The notes beneath the pieces are model-generated. The model had not been told where the DNA came from, did no database searches, and was given only the letters and a program-made list of their open reading frames with translations. Both the position numbers and the translations under genes were made by a program. Shown here one piece after another: positions 14,064 through 27,289 of a stretch of DNA of 64,000 bases. The stretch is from the human T2T-CHM13v2.0 reference genome, Homo sapiens: NCBI RefSeq assembly GCF_009914755.1, contig NC_060932.1. One strand, 5' to 3'. Every line of letters begins with the position of its first letter. Positions within the stretch are counted from its first letter, which is position 1.

Positions 14064-14233
14064 TGATATTTTTAGGATAAATGAAGGATAAAACTGGTAT
14101 AAATTTGGAGTCATTTTAATGAAATTATTATTCTTAATATTGATGTAACTATTCTAAATGAATAAAATATTAGCAAGCTGAATCCAGCAGTATATTAAAA
14201 GAAAATATCAATGTTCAATAGGGTTTTCCCTTA

Positions 14234-14446
<213 letters not shown>

Positions 14447-14615
14447 TTATTACAGTATTCAGTCAAAGGAAGAAAAACTATACAACTATACCAATAGGAG
14501 TGAAAAGGCATTTAACCAAATGTAGCATCCTTTCTTGATTAAAACAAATAAAACTCTCACTAAAAAATTAGAACAGAAGGATATTCCCATAATATAATAA
14601 AAATATCTGACTCAA

Positions 14616-15630
14616 ACACAATAAAGAAATGGGACCTTATTAAACTAAAAGCTTCTGTACAGCAAAAGAAATAATCATCAGAGTAAACAGACAACTCACA
14701 GAGTGGGAGAAAATATTTGCAAACTATTCATTTGACAAAGGACTAATTTCCAGACTCTACAAGGAATTCAAACAAATCAGCAAGAAAGAAACAAATAATC
14801 CCATCAAAAAGTGGGCAAATGACATGAGTAGACATTCTCAAAAGAAGGTATACAAATGGCCAACCAACATATGAAAAAATGCTCAACATCACTAATTATC
14901 AGGGAAATGCAAATTAAAACCACAATGAGATACAACCTTACCCCTGCAAGAATGGCCACTATTTAACAAATTAAAAAACAATAGGTGCTGGCTGCATGTG
15001 GTGAAAAGGGACCATTATACACTGCTGGTGAAAATGTAAATGAGTACAACCTCTATGGAAAACAGTGTGGAGATTTCTCAAAGAAGTAAAAGTAGATCTA
15101 TCATTTGATCCAGTAATCTCACTACCAGGTAACTACCCAAAGGAAAAGAAGTAATATCAAAAAGACACCCACATGCATATGTTTATTACAATGCAATTCT
15201 CAATTGCAAAGATGTAGAACCAATCTAAGTGCCCACTGACTAATGAGTAGCGAAAGCAAATATATATGTCATGGAATACTACTCACCCATAAAAAAGGAA
15301 ATGATATCTTTTGCAGCAACTTGACTGGAGCTGGAGGCCATTATTCTAAGTGAAATAACTCAAGGATGGAAAACCAAACACGGTATGTTCTCACTTATAA
15401 GTGAGAGCTAAGCTATGGGTATGCAAGGGCAGACAGAGTGGTATAATGGACTTTAGAGACTCAGAAGAAAGAGGGAGGTAGGGAGGGAGGTGAGGGATAA
15501 AAAATTACTTATTGGGTACAATGTATACTACTTGGGTGACAGGTGCATAAAGATCTGACTTTGCCACTGTACAATTCATCCATGTAACCAAAAAACCACT
15601 TGTACTCAAAAAGCTATTGAAATAAAAAAA
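14616..15630 (+). mobile_element. 5'-truncated L1PB with complete 3' end
   Basis: ORF2 tail plus 3' UTR ending aagctattgaaataaaaaaa; TSD atctgactcaa at 14605-14615 and 15638-15648. Confidence 0.92.
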
Positions 15631-15839
15631 GTTTGAAATCTGACTCAAGCCAACCACTAGCATTATTTAATTGTGAAAAACCAGAAGAGATGTTCTCATG
15701 CTTGTTAGGAACAAAAGCAAGATGCCCAACATCAGTATTCCGGAAATGCTAGCCAATGCAATAATATAAGAAAAATAAGAGACAGAAGAATTGGAAGGGA
15801 AGAAGCAAAATCATTTTTACCTACACACTGCAGAAGTCT

Positions 15840-16750
15840 AAGCTGTAGTCCCTGCCTCAAACCCACCTTTCTGCCTTTCTGTTTTCTGTCTTGTGCTTGT
15901 GGGGTTGAGATTCTATAAGCCACCATTCTGTCTTTCTGGCTGGCTCTGTATCAGGTTCTGCCCACAGACAACAATGAAGGGAGACTACAAGGCTTGTGGA
16001 GGTGAAGGAAATACACCTTTCGTTTGCTTCCTAGTCATAAATGCTTTTCTCTAGCCTCTCTATCATGGCAGCAACAGTTCATTCTTGTAGCAGCAGCTGA
16101 ATCCAGTTTTCAGTTTTGTCTTTTTTTTTTTTTTTTGAGATGGAATCTCACTCTGTAGCCCAGGCTAGAGTGCAGTGGTACGATACTTGCTCACTGTAAC
16201 CTCCGCCTCCTAGCTTCAACTGATTTTCCTGCCTCAGCCTCCTGAGTAGCTGAGATTACAGGCATGTGCCACCACGCCCAGCTAATTTTTGCATTTTTGG
16301 TAAAGATGGGGTTTCACCATGTTGGCCAGGCTGGTCTGGAGCTCCTGAGCTCAAGTGTTCCCTCCATCTCCACCTCCCAAAGTGCTAGAATTACAGGTAT
16401 GAGCCACCACGCCCAGCCCAGTTTTTCTTATTCTTGCAGAAACAAACTCTTCAAGATGCTGTCAGAGATGCCAGTACTGTCTGTCACTCACCCCCTCCTC
16501 AGACATATGTTTCCAGCCCCATGGGCCTCTCCTCCAAGTGTCTAAATGTTAATAATTTCAACCTTTTTCTTCTGATTGCCCAACTTTACAAGTAATATCT
16601 GCCTCTGCAGTCTCTACCTTCATCATACGTTAGGATTATCTTTCTGCTTTAGTGGTTTTTCCATGCCTAGTTAACAATTCCTTTTATTATATTATCTGTT
16701 AAAAATACTGATATAGTTTCTGTCTCCTCACTGGTCCCTGGCTGGTACCC
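15840..16750. mobile_element. Ancient ERVL-type LTR (LTR33/LTR41-like), split by an Alu
   Basis: Terminal tagtttctgtctcctcactggtccctggctggtac resembles ERVL LTR ends. Confidence 0.5.
16121..16418 (-). mobile_element. AluS
   Basis: Full dimer with poly-T; cagtttt on both flanks. Confidence 0.93.
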
Positions 16751-16849
16751 CAGCTCATAAGATAGTTTTATACGGTAGCTGGTTATAAAAGAAGTTTCTG
16801 AAGAAATTAACTTTCATACCAACACTAACTAGTTAAGAAACATAATTGG

Positions 16850-16916
16850 GTGTTTATCTGAAATTCACTTGTGACTGGGTATCCTGCATTTTTATCTGCT
16901 AAAGCTAGAAACCCTC
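16850..16916. mobile_element. MER53 terminal fragment
   Basis: gtttatctgaaattcacttgtgactgggtatcctgcatttttatctgctaaagctagaaaccct. Confidence 0.7.
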
Positions 16917-18709
16917 AATATGGAGAGCCTGCTCCAAGTGTTTTGGGATCAAGGGATGGGATAAGTGTTGATGGGGATGCTGTGTCAATGGTGGGATCCT
17001 ACACAGGGCTACTGGCATTATGATAGCGTCCTGTTCCAAAGCTTGGATTAGCACACTAGGACAACCCAGGGTTGAAGATAAGTGAATGCTTTACAAAGAT
17101 GGTGTCTGAAGGGTGGTGAATTTCCCAGGAATATTATCCACACACATTACAATATATTGGACATAATGTCAGCTCTACCTACTCTCTCCAGAATTCTTGT
17201 CTTATTATTCGTTTTTGTCAAGTCACTCAAATACACCAATTCGCTGCTGTCTCAGAGCCACCTCCCATTAAACTGACCTCTGACTACAATGGTACTAGTT
17301 GAGTCCATGAGGCCAATAAACCTGGGGGCCTTGTGGGCTGGGGGGGAAGGAGCCAGGCCACCCGGAGCTGGCCTGAATCAGTCTTTCTGGGAGTAAAGTC
17401 TCTCCTGAGGGAGGTGAATGAACTCTGTTCTCACCCAGCTCACAAGCCACGTTTTCCTGGTGGCGCTAACAGTGCATTCGCCTCCCTTGAATGGCTTGGG
17501 TCACAGAACGGTTTGTTCTTGTTTGTTGAATAATAGTACCAGGGAACTACCACCACCACCACCACCATCCCCTTTACATACAAAACACAGAAATTCAAAC
17601 ATTTAGGTTCAAATTTGTATCCAAGAAAGGTCTGGAAAGACCCTGCAAATGTAAAAATAGTTACTCTGGGAGAATGAGATTAGGGGGTTGGGTAGTGGGA
17701 GTAAGGCAGTGCTTTTCTTTCTTTCTTTCTTTCTTTTAAAACATTTTATTCACTGCTGCATTGCTTGAAAACAAAAGCTTTACAAACAGAATGTAATGTT
17801 AATAATTTGTAACAGACCAGTAACAAAGCAATAACAATAGAAACAAAATTTGAAAATAAAACCCACTTCCAAACACAACTATTTTCATGTTTTGAAATAC
17901 TGTTTCCCCCCACACACACAATTATTGCAGTTCATAGGATGTGAGCAATTTTTTTTTTATTCTGCTATGTTCCTTAACATTTTACTACAATTTTTCTTTG
18001 CATTGCTAAAAATTCTTTCTGAGCACACCCGTTTCAGGGCTAGAAGGGTAGCTTTGAGGACAGCTTGTAGCAAAACTTGTCTTTCCTGAGCCCTGCCTTA
18101 CCCAGCTAAGGAAGGTGGAGGTGGGGAAGGGGTTAGTTTATCTTGGGCAAGTTCCTTCTTTTCTCTGGGCCTCAATTTTGGTGTTTGTTTTTTTTTTTTT
18201 TTTTTCCATCTGGAAAAAGAGGCACTGGAAGCAGGTTCTCCCAGGGTCTCTTCGAGTTCTCATCTGTTACCCTCACCAAGCACATCATAAATAAGGATCA
18301 TTTGGACATAATTCTTTGTAAATCTTTATTTAATCCACCAGCCTTCCTGTTCCAAGATCACTTGGCGCAATGCAGTTCATTTATCCTCATGATAAATACC
18401 TGGCAGTGGACAGAATTTTCCCTTTCATAGATGGAGAAACTGAGTCCAGAGGTGTGGGATGGAGGTGTGGGATGATTTACCACCGTTTCGGCCTCTTATC
18501 AGGGCAGCCCTGGGGTTCGGCTGCCCGTGCTATGGGTGATGCATAGCAGACGGGGTCTCCGTGGTGTGGACATCACGGCGGCTTACGTATGACTATTGCA
18601 CAGATCCATCATGTGCCTGCGGCCTCCCTTTTTTTCCTCTTTGGACTTCAAGTCACTATTTCTCTGTGACATTTCTTTGGGATCTATTCGTGAATAAACC
18701 TTTGGAGCC

Positions 18710-18710
<1 letters not shown>

Positions 18711-18751
<41 letters not shown>

Positions 18752-18752
18752 C
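18711..18752. repeat. (CA)n microsatellite
   Basis: Read directly. Confidence 0.95.
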
Positions 18753-18759
18753 GACAATT

Positions 18760-19260
18760 TGGTCACACCTAAGAGGCAGATAAAGCTGGAGCGAGCCTGC
18801 AAAAGGAGCTGCAGATAAAAAGTCCAGTATCGGGGCAGGTAACACCCAATTACAACTGAGCAGTATTGACTTACACTTTTCCTTATCGGGGGAATCAGGT
18901 ATTTGTGTAGATTTGTGTAAATCAGAGAAGGATTTGATGGATACCAGTGCATTGGAGTCTCTAGCCAACGGACAGGTTTGGTTAAACAAAATATATATTC
19001 TCCTTATCTGCAGTGGCGACTATCACTGCAACTCCCCGTCTCCCCTCTACTCCTCCGAGCTCTATAAAAACGAGGGCCTTATCTAGCATTTGTAATAGGC
19101 TCATGTCTAGCAGGGTCTGTGCTAAAATCACTCTGACAATGCCACAGCTCAGGCCCAGCGCAAGCCATTTTGGCAGACAGATGATTTTCCCTTATCTCCA
19201 ATTGTCTTGGCAATAAATGTCTTTTTCTTAAGATGCTTGTTTAGACTACCCAGGAGAAAA
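18760..19260. promoter_or_regulatory. Candidate GATA/T-box enhancer
   Basis: Six WGATAR sites plus TCACACCT and TAAACA in repeat-free DNA (see findings). Confidence 0.55.
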
Positions 19261-20149
19261 GAACAGGTACCGTCTCTCTCGATGGAAGAAGCCTTTAAGA
19301 CGCGGAGTCTCACAAACTGATGCACTTGTTCCATGCAGTTTGAGGGCCGTGGTGCAGAGAGAGCACAGACTCCAAGAGGCTGTTGTTCCTGCATCAGGTC
19401 GGCTGCAAACGCCTACAGAAAAAAATAATGCCAGTGACAATTGTGTGACACGCGGAGCTTTGGGTAAGGCAGGAAGTCTTCACTTGGATAATAAAGAAAT
19501 AAGGATGGAGAAGAAAGCAGAAAGGTGATGAAGGTCAAAGGAGGGAAAGTAGTTTACATGAGACATGAGGAAGTTGCTGATATTTGGGGGTCACTTGTTG
19601 AAAAATCTGTGAGATGGTTGGTGTCAGGCTGAAAGTCATGAGGGGATGCAGTGTGGTGGAGTGAGAGGCCTGTGCCAGGCTCTGCCCCTAACCCGCTGAG
19701 AGACCGTGATCAAGCCCCTCCAACTCCCAGGCTTCAGAGCTGGTCTTCCATGAGTGTGGTCCACCCCGCGTGGTCCCGGAGGTGCATAAAGGCAGCGACA
19801 TACTCCTTCTCTGCTACTGCTGGAGCAGTGCCTCCCTGGGACCCACCCTGGGCGACCACAAGGTGCTAGTCGGCCTCGAATTTGCCTTTTCTCTCACTCC
19901 TAGGTGCTCTCGGTTGAATAACAAGATGGTCAGAGTGAAAATCCTGGGAGTGGCCTTTCAGTCACCCAGTGGAACATCCTGTGTGAACTGGCATGTCACC
20001 TCTATCCACCCAGAGGAGTGTCTAATCTTATGCTTCCACCCCAAGCCCCCCAATGAAATGGATGCCTCATTCTCCCTGGGTAACTTCTTCAGAACTGCAT
20101 GGGCCTGTCCGCCTCTTCCCACCAACTATGTAGTCTAAACTCCCCTTTC

Positions 20150-20392
20150 TTAGTTTGATTTGCATTTCCCTAACGATTAGTGATGTCGAGCATCTTTTCA
20201 CGAGTGCTGGCCATCTGTATATCTTCCTTGGAGAAATGTCTGTTCAAGTCCTTTGCCCATTTTAAAAAATTGGTTGTTTTTTTTTTTGTGGTTGAGTTGT
20301 TGGACTTCTTTATATATTATGAATATTGACCCCTTATATGTTATATGGTTTGCAAATCTTTTCTCCCATTTCATAAGGTACATGTTTCACTC
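20150..20392 (-). mobile_element. L1M fragment
   Basis: tttgatttgcatttccctaacgattagtgatgtcgagcatctttt...gagaaatgtctgttcaagtcctttgcccattt. Confidence 0.88.
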
Positions 20393-22576
20393 AGAGAGAT
20401 GGTGAGGTGGATTCACATGGGTCTTTTGGAGAAGACCAAGTTTGCTGGGGTGGGGACCACAGGTCTGGAAGGCTCCTCAGGGAACCAAGGAGCAGGCTGA
20501 CCCTGTCACTTCCCCAAAGGTGCCCTGGGGAGAAAGTCCACCGTGCTTTCCACTGGGCAGCAGCAGGGGCAGGCGGCCTATGGTGCCAGCTGGTGCTTCT
20601 GGGGAGATGAGGAAGGTGCTTCTGGGAAGTGGGAAAGGACTCTTAGTTTCATTCTCTTTCACTTACAAAGAAGGTGAGAGGTTCTCCTTAGAGGGGAATT
20701 CTCAGGAAAGGAGGAAAAGGGTTTTGGTGGAGGGAGAAGGACTTCACCAGTCTGGGATCACAGAGAAGGAAAACAGAGAGGTGCAGGGGATGGTAGCATT
20801 CTGGGGATCTAGGGCAGCTCTGCACAGGGACAAGTCACGAAGAGGCTGGGAGTCAGAGGGTGGAGATGGATGAGTGGGGGTTGTAGAGGGCCCTGAAGAT
20901 GACTTCCCTCAGGTGGCTGCCCTCTGGAAGCAGGCAGGACAGGGCTCGGAGCCCTGTGAGATTGGCAAGACATCTTGGATGCCACTTCTTATGTGGGTGA
21001 AAGGTGATATTTCCACTTCTGAACTTGGAAGGTAGGGTCCTGCCCAACCTCTCTCTTGAAAAGGGAGTGCCAACGGCCACTTGGTTATTTATTTCTTTCG
21101 AATCCTGTCATTTTATTGGGCTGTAAATGAGGATGGCAGGGAATTAATTAAGAAGGTGGAGTCCAGGCGAGTAGCAGAGTCCTTGCCCATGTGGCACTTG
21201 CAGTCTAAAGGTGCAGCCAGGACAGTCCGGGGCTGTGGGAGGGACCGTGGCTCTACCCTCAAGGAATGACCAAGAGAGAGATCTTCTCCGACAGCCACCA
21301 GGGGACAGGCAGCAGAGTGACGCAGGTGGCCACAGGTCACTGGAGCAGCCAGAGTGAAGCAGGGGAGGGAGGACCCAGATTCCGTCTCCTTTGTTTAGGA
21401 GATGTGGGAGTGGCCGTGGTTGAGTGGCTGGAGCAAGTGGGCAGAAGCCTCTGTTTTCTCATCTGGAGAATGGTAGCTGTAGGACATCATTCTCTCCATA
21501 ATCCCTATAACACAAGTCCTCTGTCTTCCTGTCTTTCGGCATGTGGCTCCACCCCCTGGCTCGATAATCCTCAGGGGGACTTGGTGGGATGCAATCGGAT
21601 GTGTCCCGGTCTCCAGGGCTTATGCTCCCATCAGTGGATCCAGATTTTCTCTGCGTTTCTCATAAATCCCCTCTTATCCCTCACCTACCCATGCCATGAG
21701 GTGCCTCTGCAGCCCATATGGCTGCCACCCTCTTCTGCTCTTTTTTGCCGATGCCATTCCTCTTCCTTTACACCCCGAAGCATCAGGGACATCCCAGCTT
21801 TGTGTGAGGCCGGCTTTACTAAGGTCTACGGAGGTAACAGAGAGGGAAGCTCACCTCTCAGGACCACACAGCACGTGGATCTAAATCGAATATTGGACAT
21901 GATTGTCCTGGGGTTCGTTGGCCACCCCCCAGGCAGATTTTGCTCTGAGAACCTTTCCTCTCAGGCCCCCACTGGCTGCTGTGCTGCCCTCCCTCTCCCC
22001 ACTCTCCTCCTGTTCTCACCTTTTCTCCTCCCTGGTTGGGGCTGCCTGGAAACCTGGCATTCCTTCCACTTTATCACACATGACAAGGCAGCTCCGAATC
22101 AGGCTGCCTGGCCTCTGCAGACCAGGGCTGGGGAGGGAGGGAGCGCCACTCACCTTTCTCTTCCCAGAAGACCCAGGCAGGCATCTTCTGAGAAGGAAAG
22201 AAGGTCATGCAGTGAAGACTGGAGAGCGCAGAGCGCAGCTTGGACACATGAGCCATCCTCATGTTTACCTGCCTGTGGGCTGCTCCCAGGGCTGTGTGGG
22301 CCTGGAGCTGTAGCCGGATAGCTGTAAGTGGTAACCAAATGTCCCAGGGCATTCTCCTGTCTGTCCTCAGCTCTGCTACTGGACAAGAACTGGACTCATT
22401 CTCAAAACCTTGGGTATGGTGCTCCCAGCGCCCAGGCTGAAGTCACGGACTGAGAGCTCCACGGCCAAATGTGCAGATAGACATTGATTTTCCATTTGTT
22501 GCACGCTGGTTCTGGTGCCAGAATGCTGCTGGGGTGAAGGACCCAGACTCAGCAGGCAAGCTGTCAGCACACGGCT

Positions 22577-22753
22577 CCTGGCTCTGCCTCCTATTAGCTG
22601 GGTGACTTGGGGGAGTTAGCCCCTCTATGCCTCCTGTGAAGAGTAACAGTAATAATGGCCCACCTTATGGGGTTGTTGTGAACATTAAATGAGATACTCT
22701 ATGCAAATGAATTCACTATGTAGTGAGTGCTCAACAAAACTTAGCTACTATTA
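22577..22753 (+). mobile_element. MIR
   Basis: ggctctgcc...agctgggtgacttggg...gggttgttgtgaacattaaatgagat...gtgctcaac. Confidence 0.82.
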
Positions 22754-23624
22754 TACTGATGGTCCCTGGCTTGGAGAACTCATAGCCAGTGCACAGCTAG
22801 ATATGTAATGTCATTAAGCAAGAAAAGCCCATTGGTCTTCACTGTGCTCCACTTCTGTCCTCTTCCGGAGAATACTCAGAAAGCAGGTCTGACTCCATTC
22901 TCCTCAATCCTGCCTCCCTTCCCTCCCCTGCACCCTCTCCCTACTGGTAGCTGAGGTAGGTGTAGGGTGCTGAGGGGCTGCTGGCCTGACTCCAACAGCA
23001 CTATGATCAGGAGTCAGGGGAAGTGGGACCAGCTGGAAAGACTGTAGCAAATGACTGGCTGTAGTGGGCAAGGAGGTGGGCATAACTGAGGAGGCTGTTA
23101 GGCACTGCCATGGGCATTTATGACTCTTCCTTGGAAGGTTTAAAGAAAAGAAGAGAGACGTCTGTCTTTTGGGGACAGGTTTAGAAATCACAGTTTCTGA
23201 GAAGTGGCTGGGAGGATGTCCCAAGTCCTCTGATTTTGTTTAATGCTTGGTAGAAAATGCCCCCCACCACTGGACACCACCTTGGACAAGGCTGTTGGTG
23301 GCATGTGGACGAAGGAAGGCTTCCTAGAGGAAGAAGTGAGTTATAAAGGATGAATACGAGTTTGAAAATTGGATGATGCCAAAGGAAGGCATTCTGGGCA
23401 CAGAGACCAGCACCTTCTCATGCAGGTGATCTGCCCCATCCTTTCTGTTTCTGGTACCCCTGCACTGTGTTTGCTGCAGTCCAAGTTTCTCTAGGGCCTC
23501 TTAGTTTATTCCCACTGGCTGAGACCTGGTCTGTTCTAGGCAGTGTCACCAGGGTTGTTTTGGTGGCAGTGCTCACTGGGAAAAGTTACAGCCTTATAAT
23601 CCACAAATTCAAATACTGAAAATC

Positions 23625-23856
23625 TTGGGGGAAGGGTGGAGAGTGCATGGATAAAGGGAATGGCAGGAAGGCACAAGATACAAACATCTCTACAGAGGGG
23701 CAGGTTGAAACATTTATGGTATTTAATATATTTACCCTTGTGATTGTGGTGATGGTTTCACGGGTTTCTACATGTGTCAAAACTTATCAAATTGTACATT
23801 TAAATAGGTGCAGTTTATTGTATATCAGCTTTATTTCCATAAAGCTGTTAAAAAGA
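23625..23856 (+). mobile_element. L1MC/MD-type 3' end
   Basis: gattgtggtgatggtttcacgggt...tgtcaaaacttatcaaattgtacatttaaa...aaagctgttaaaa. Confidence 0.8.
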
Positions 23857-24477
23857 ATACAGATCCCTCAAAAATTTTAGTTGCTTTAAAGATGTATGTT
23901 TCTAAAGCATAAAACTAATACAGGATAATCAGAAATTTAAAAATTTGTGAAAGCAGGAAAAAGAAGATAAATCACTCATTTCATTTTTGTGTATGTTTGG
24001 GGGATTGTTTTTTACCATAAAAAAGATATCCCGTGCTCACCAATGACAAGGCTCTAGTCCCAGCTCCAGTGGGCCAAGATGCTTCATTGAACTGAGCAGA
24101 GTCCTCTGAGGGACTGTGTCCTGCAAATGTCCAGCTGCTCCCACTCAGTGACTGCAGTGCAGCAGGTCTGAGAAGGAGACTCAGAATCTGATTTAAATCC
24201 AGTGACTCATGTTATTCTGTTCCAGCCAATCCACAGCCCACGCTTTGAGAAATGCTGAAGTAGGGAATGAATCACAAATCCCTTGATCTATTTTCCTTTG
24301 GCCATAACCATGCTAAAAAAACCCCTGTTTACAGATGTGGGGTTGCCACTCTGTCTTGAGATAGAACTATCTAACTCTAGTCTTAGGAAGTCTTCTAGTA
24401 ACAGCAGCAGAACTGGTAGAATTATTAATAGTAGTAATGGAGGTAGTGATGTTAATGGTTGTAATAGTAGCAGTAAT

Positions 24478-26692
24478 TTTTAAAAATTTTTAATTTCGTG
24501 GGTACATAGTAGGTGTATATATTTATGGGGTACATGAGATATTTTGATACAGGAACGTAAGGCATAATAATCACACCAGGGTAAATGGGGTATCCATCAC
24601 CTCGAGCATTTAACCTTTCATTGTGTTACAAACAATCCAATTATACTCTTTTAGTTATTTTTATATGTACAATAAGTTATTGTTGACTGTAGTTACCCTG
24701 TTGTTGACTGTAGTCACCCTAGATCTTATTCATTCTAATTATACTGTTGTCCCTGCACTGCCCCCCACCACACCCAGCCTCTACTCTCTATCTCATCTCA
24801 TCATTCTACCTCCATCTCTATGAGTTCAATTGCTTTCATTTTTAGCTCCCACAATTAAATAAGAACATGTGAAGTTTGTCTTTATGTGCCTGGCTTATTT
24901 CACTTAACCTAATGACCTCCAGTTTCATCCAGTTGTTGCAAATGACAGTATCTCATTCCTTTTTAGGGCTGAATAGTACTCCACTGTTTCTATGTACCCA
25001 TTTGGTCTATGCATTTGTCTGTTGATGAACAGTTAGGTTGTTTCCTAATCTTGGCTATTGTGAATAGTGCTGCAATAAACATGAAAGTGCAGATATTTCT
25101 TCAATATATTGATTTCCATTCTCTTGAGTATATATCTAGCAGTAGGATTGCTGCATCATATGGTAGTCCTATTTTTAGTTTTTTGAGGAACCTCAAAACT
25201 GTTCTCCACAGAGACTGTACTAATTTACTTTCTCATCAACAGTGTACAAGGGTTCCCTTTTCTTCACATTTTTGCCAGCACTTGTTATTGCCTGTCTTTT
25301 GAATAAAAGCCATTTTAACTGGAGTAAGATGATATCCCATTGCAGTTTTGATTTGCATTTCTCTGATGATCAATGATGTTGAGCACCTTTTTATATACTT
25401 GTTTGCCATTTGTATGTCTTCTTTTGAGAAATGTCTATTCAGATCTTTTGCCCATTTTTAATTGTATTATTAGATTTTTTCCTGTAGAGTTGTTTGAGCT
25501 CCCTATATATTCTGGTTATTAATCCTTTGTCAGATAAATAGTTTGCAAATATTTTCTCCCACTCTGCAGGTTGTCTCTTCACTTTGTTGATTGCTTATTT
25601 TGCTGTGCAGAAGCTTTTTAACTTGATGTGATCCCATTTGTCTGTTTTTGCTTTGGCTGCCTGTGCTTGTGGGGTATTAGTCGAGAAATCTTTGCCCAGT
25701 CCAATGTCCTGGAGAGTTTCTCTAATGTTTTCTTGTAGTAGTTTCATAGTTTGAGGTCTTAGATTTAAGTTTTTTATTAATTTTGATTTGATTTTTGTAA
25801 ATGCAAAGATAGGGGTCTAATTTCATTATTGTGCATATGAATATTGTTTTCCCAGCACTGTTTATCGAAGACTCTCCTTTCCCCAATGTATGTTATTGGC
25901 ACCTTTGTTGAAAATGAGTTCACTGTAGATGTATGAATTTGTTTCTGGGTGCTATATTCTGTTTCATTGGTCTATGTGTCTGTTTTTATGCCAGTACCAT
26001 GCTGTTTTTGTTACTATATCTCTGTAGTATAATTTGAAGTCAGGTAATGTGATTCCTCCAGTTTTGTTCTTTTTGCTCAGGATGGCTTTGGCTATTCTGG
26101 GTCTTTTGTGGTTCCACACAAATTTTAGGATTTTTTTTTTCTATTTCTGTGAAGAATTTCATTGGTGTTTTGATAGGGATTGCATTTAATCTGTAGATTG
26201 TTTCTGGTAATATGTACATTTTACCAATATTGATTCTTCCAATCCATGAACGTGGAATATCTTTCCATATTTTTTGTCCTCTTCAATTTCTTTTGTTAAT
26301 GTTTTGTAATTTTCATTGCAGAGATCTTATACTTCTTTGGTTAAGTTTTGTTGCTGTTGTTTCAACTACTCTGTCTCTATGATATCTTTGGTTAATTCCT
26401 AGGTATTTAATTTTATTTGTAGCTCTTGCAAGTGGAATTACTTTCTTGTTGTCTTTTTCAGATTATTTGCTGTTGCCATATAGAAATGCTACTGATTTGT
26501 GTATGTTGACTTTGTATCCTGCAACTTTACTGTATTTGTTGATCAGTTCTAATAGTTTTTTTGCTGGAGTCTTTAGGTTTTTCTAAATATAAGATCATAT
26601 CATCTGTAATCAAAGATAATTTGACTTCTTCCTTTCTAATTTGGATGCCTTTTATTTCTTTCTCTTGTCTGATTGCTCTACTAGGACTTCCA
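24478..26692 (-). mobile_element. L1MA, 5'-truncated, 2.2 kb
   Basis: 3' end gggtacatagtaggtgtatatatttatgggg; TSD tagcagtaat at 24468-24477 and 26693-26702. Confidence 0.95.
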
Positions 26693-26714
26693 TAGCAGTA
26701 ATGTTAGTGGTAGT

Positions 26715-27098
26715 TGATATGGTTTGGCTCTGTGTTCCCACCCAAATCTCAGGTTGAATTGTAATCCCCATTGTTGGGTGTGGAACCTGGTGGAAGGTGA
26801 TTGGATTGTTGGGGCAGATTTCCCCCTTGCTGTTCTCATGATAGTGAGTGAGTTCTCATGAGATCTGGTTGTTTAACAATGTGTAGCACTTCCCTTTTCA
26901 CTCTCTCTCTCCTGCTCCACCATGGTAAGATATGCTTGCTTCCCCTTTGCCTTCTGCCACAATAGTAAGTTTCCTGAGGCCTCCCAACCATGCTTCCTAT
27001 TCAGCTTGTAGAACTGTAAGCTGAATCAAACTTCTTTTCTTTATAAATTACCCAGTCTCAGGTAGTTCCTTATAGCAGTGTGAGAACAAACTAATACA
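26715..27098 (+). mobile_element. MSTA-type MaLR solo LTR
   Basis: tgatatggtttggctctgtg...ctaataca with TG..CA ends; 5-bp TSD gtagt/gtaat. Confidence 0.92.
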
Positions 27099-27289
27099 GT
27101 AATAATAGCTCACATTTATTGGACATTTACTAATAAATACATCCATGGCACTGTGTCAAGAGCTCTACATGTGTCATCTTAGTGCTAGTTGTTAGGAGCA
27201 AGTTCCTGCAGGTAAATGTTTAGGTATGAATTTGGTCCTGCCACTGCTAGTTCAATAGCCTTGGGCAAGTTACGTAAAAGCCCTAAGTT

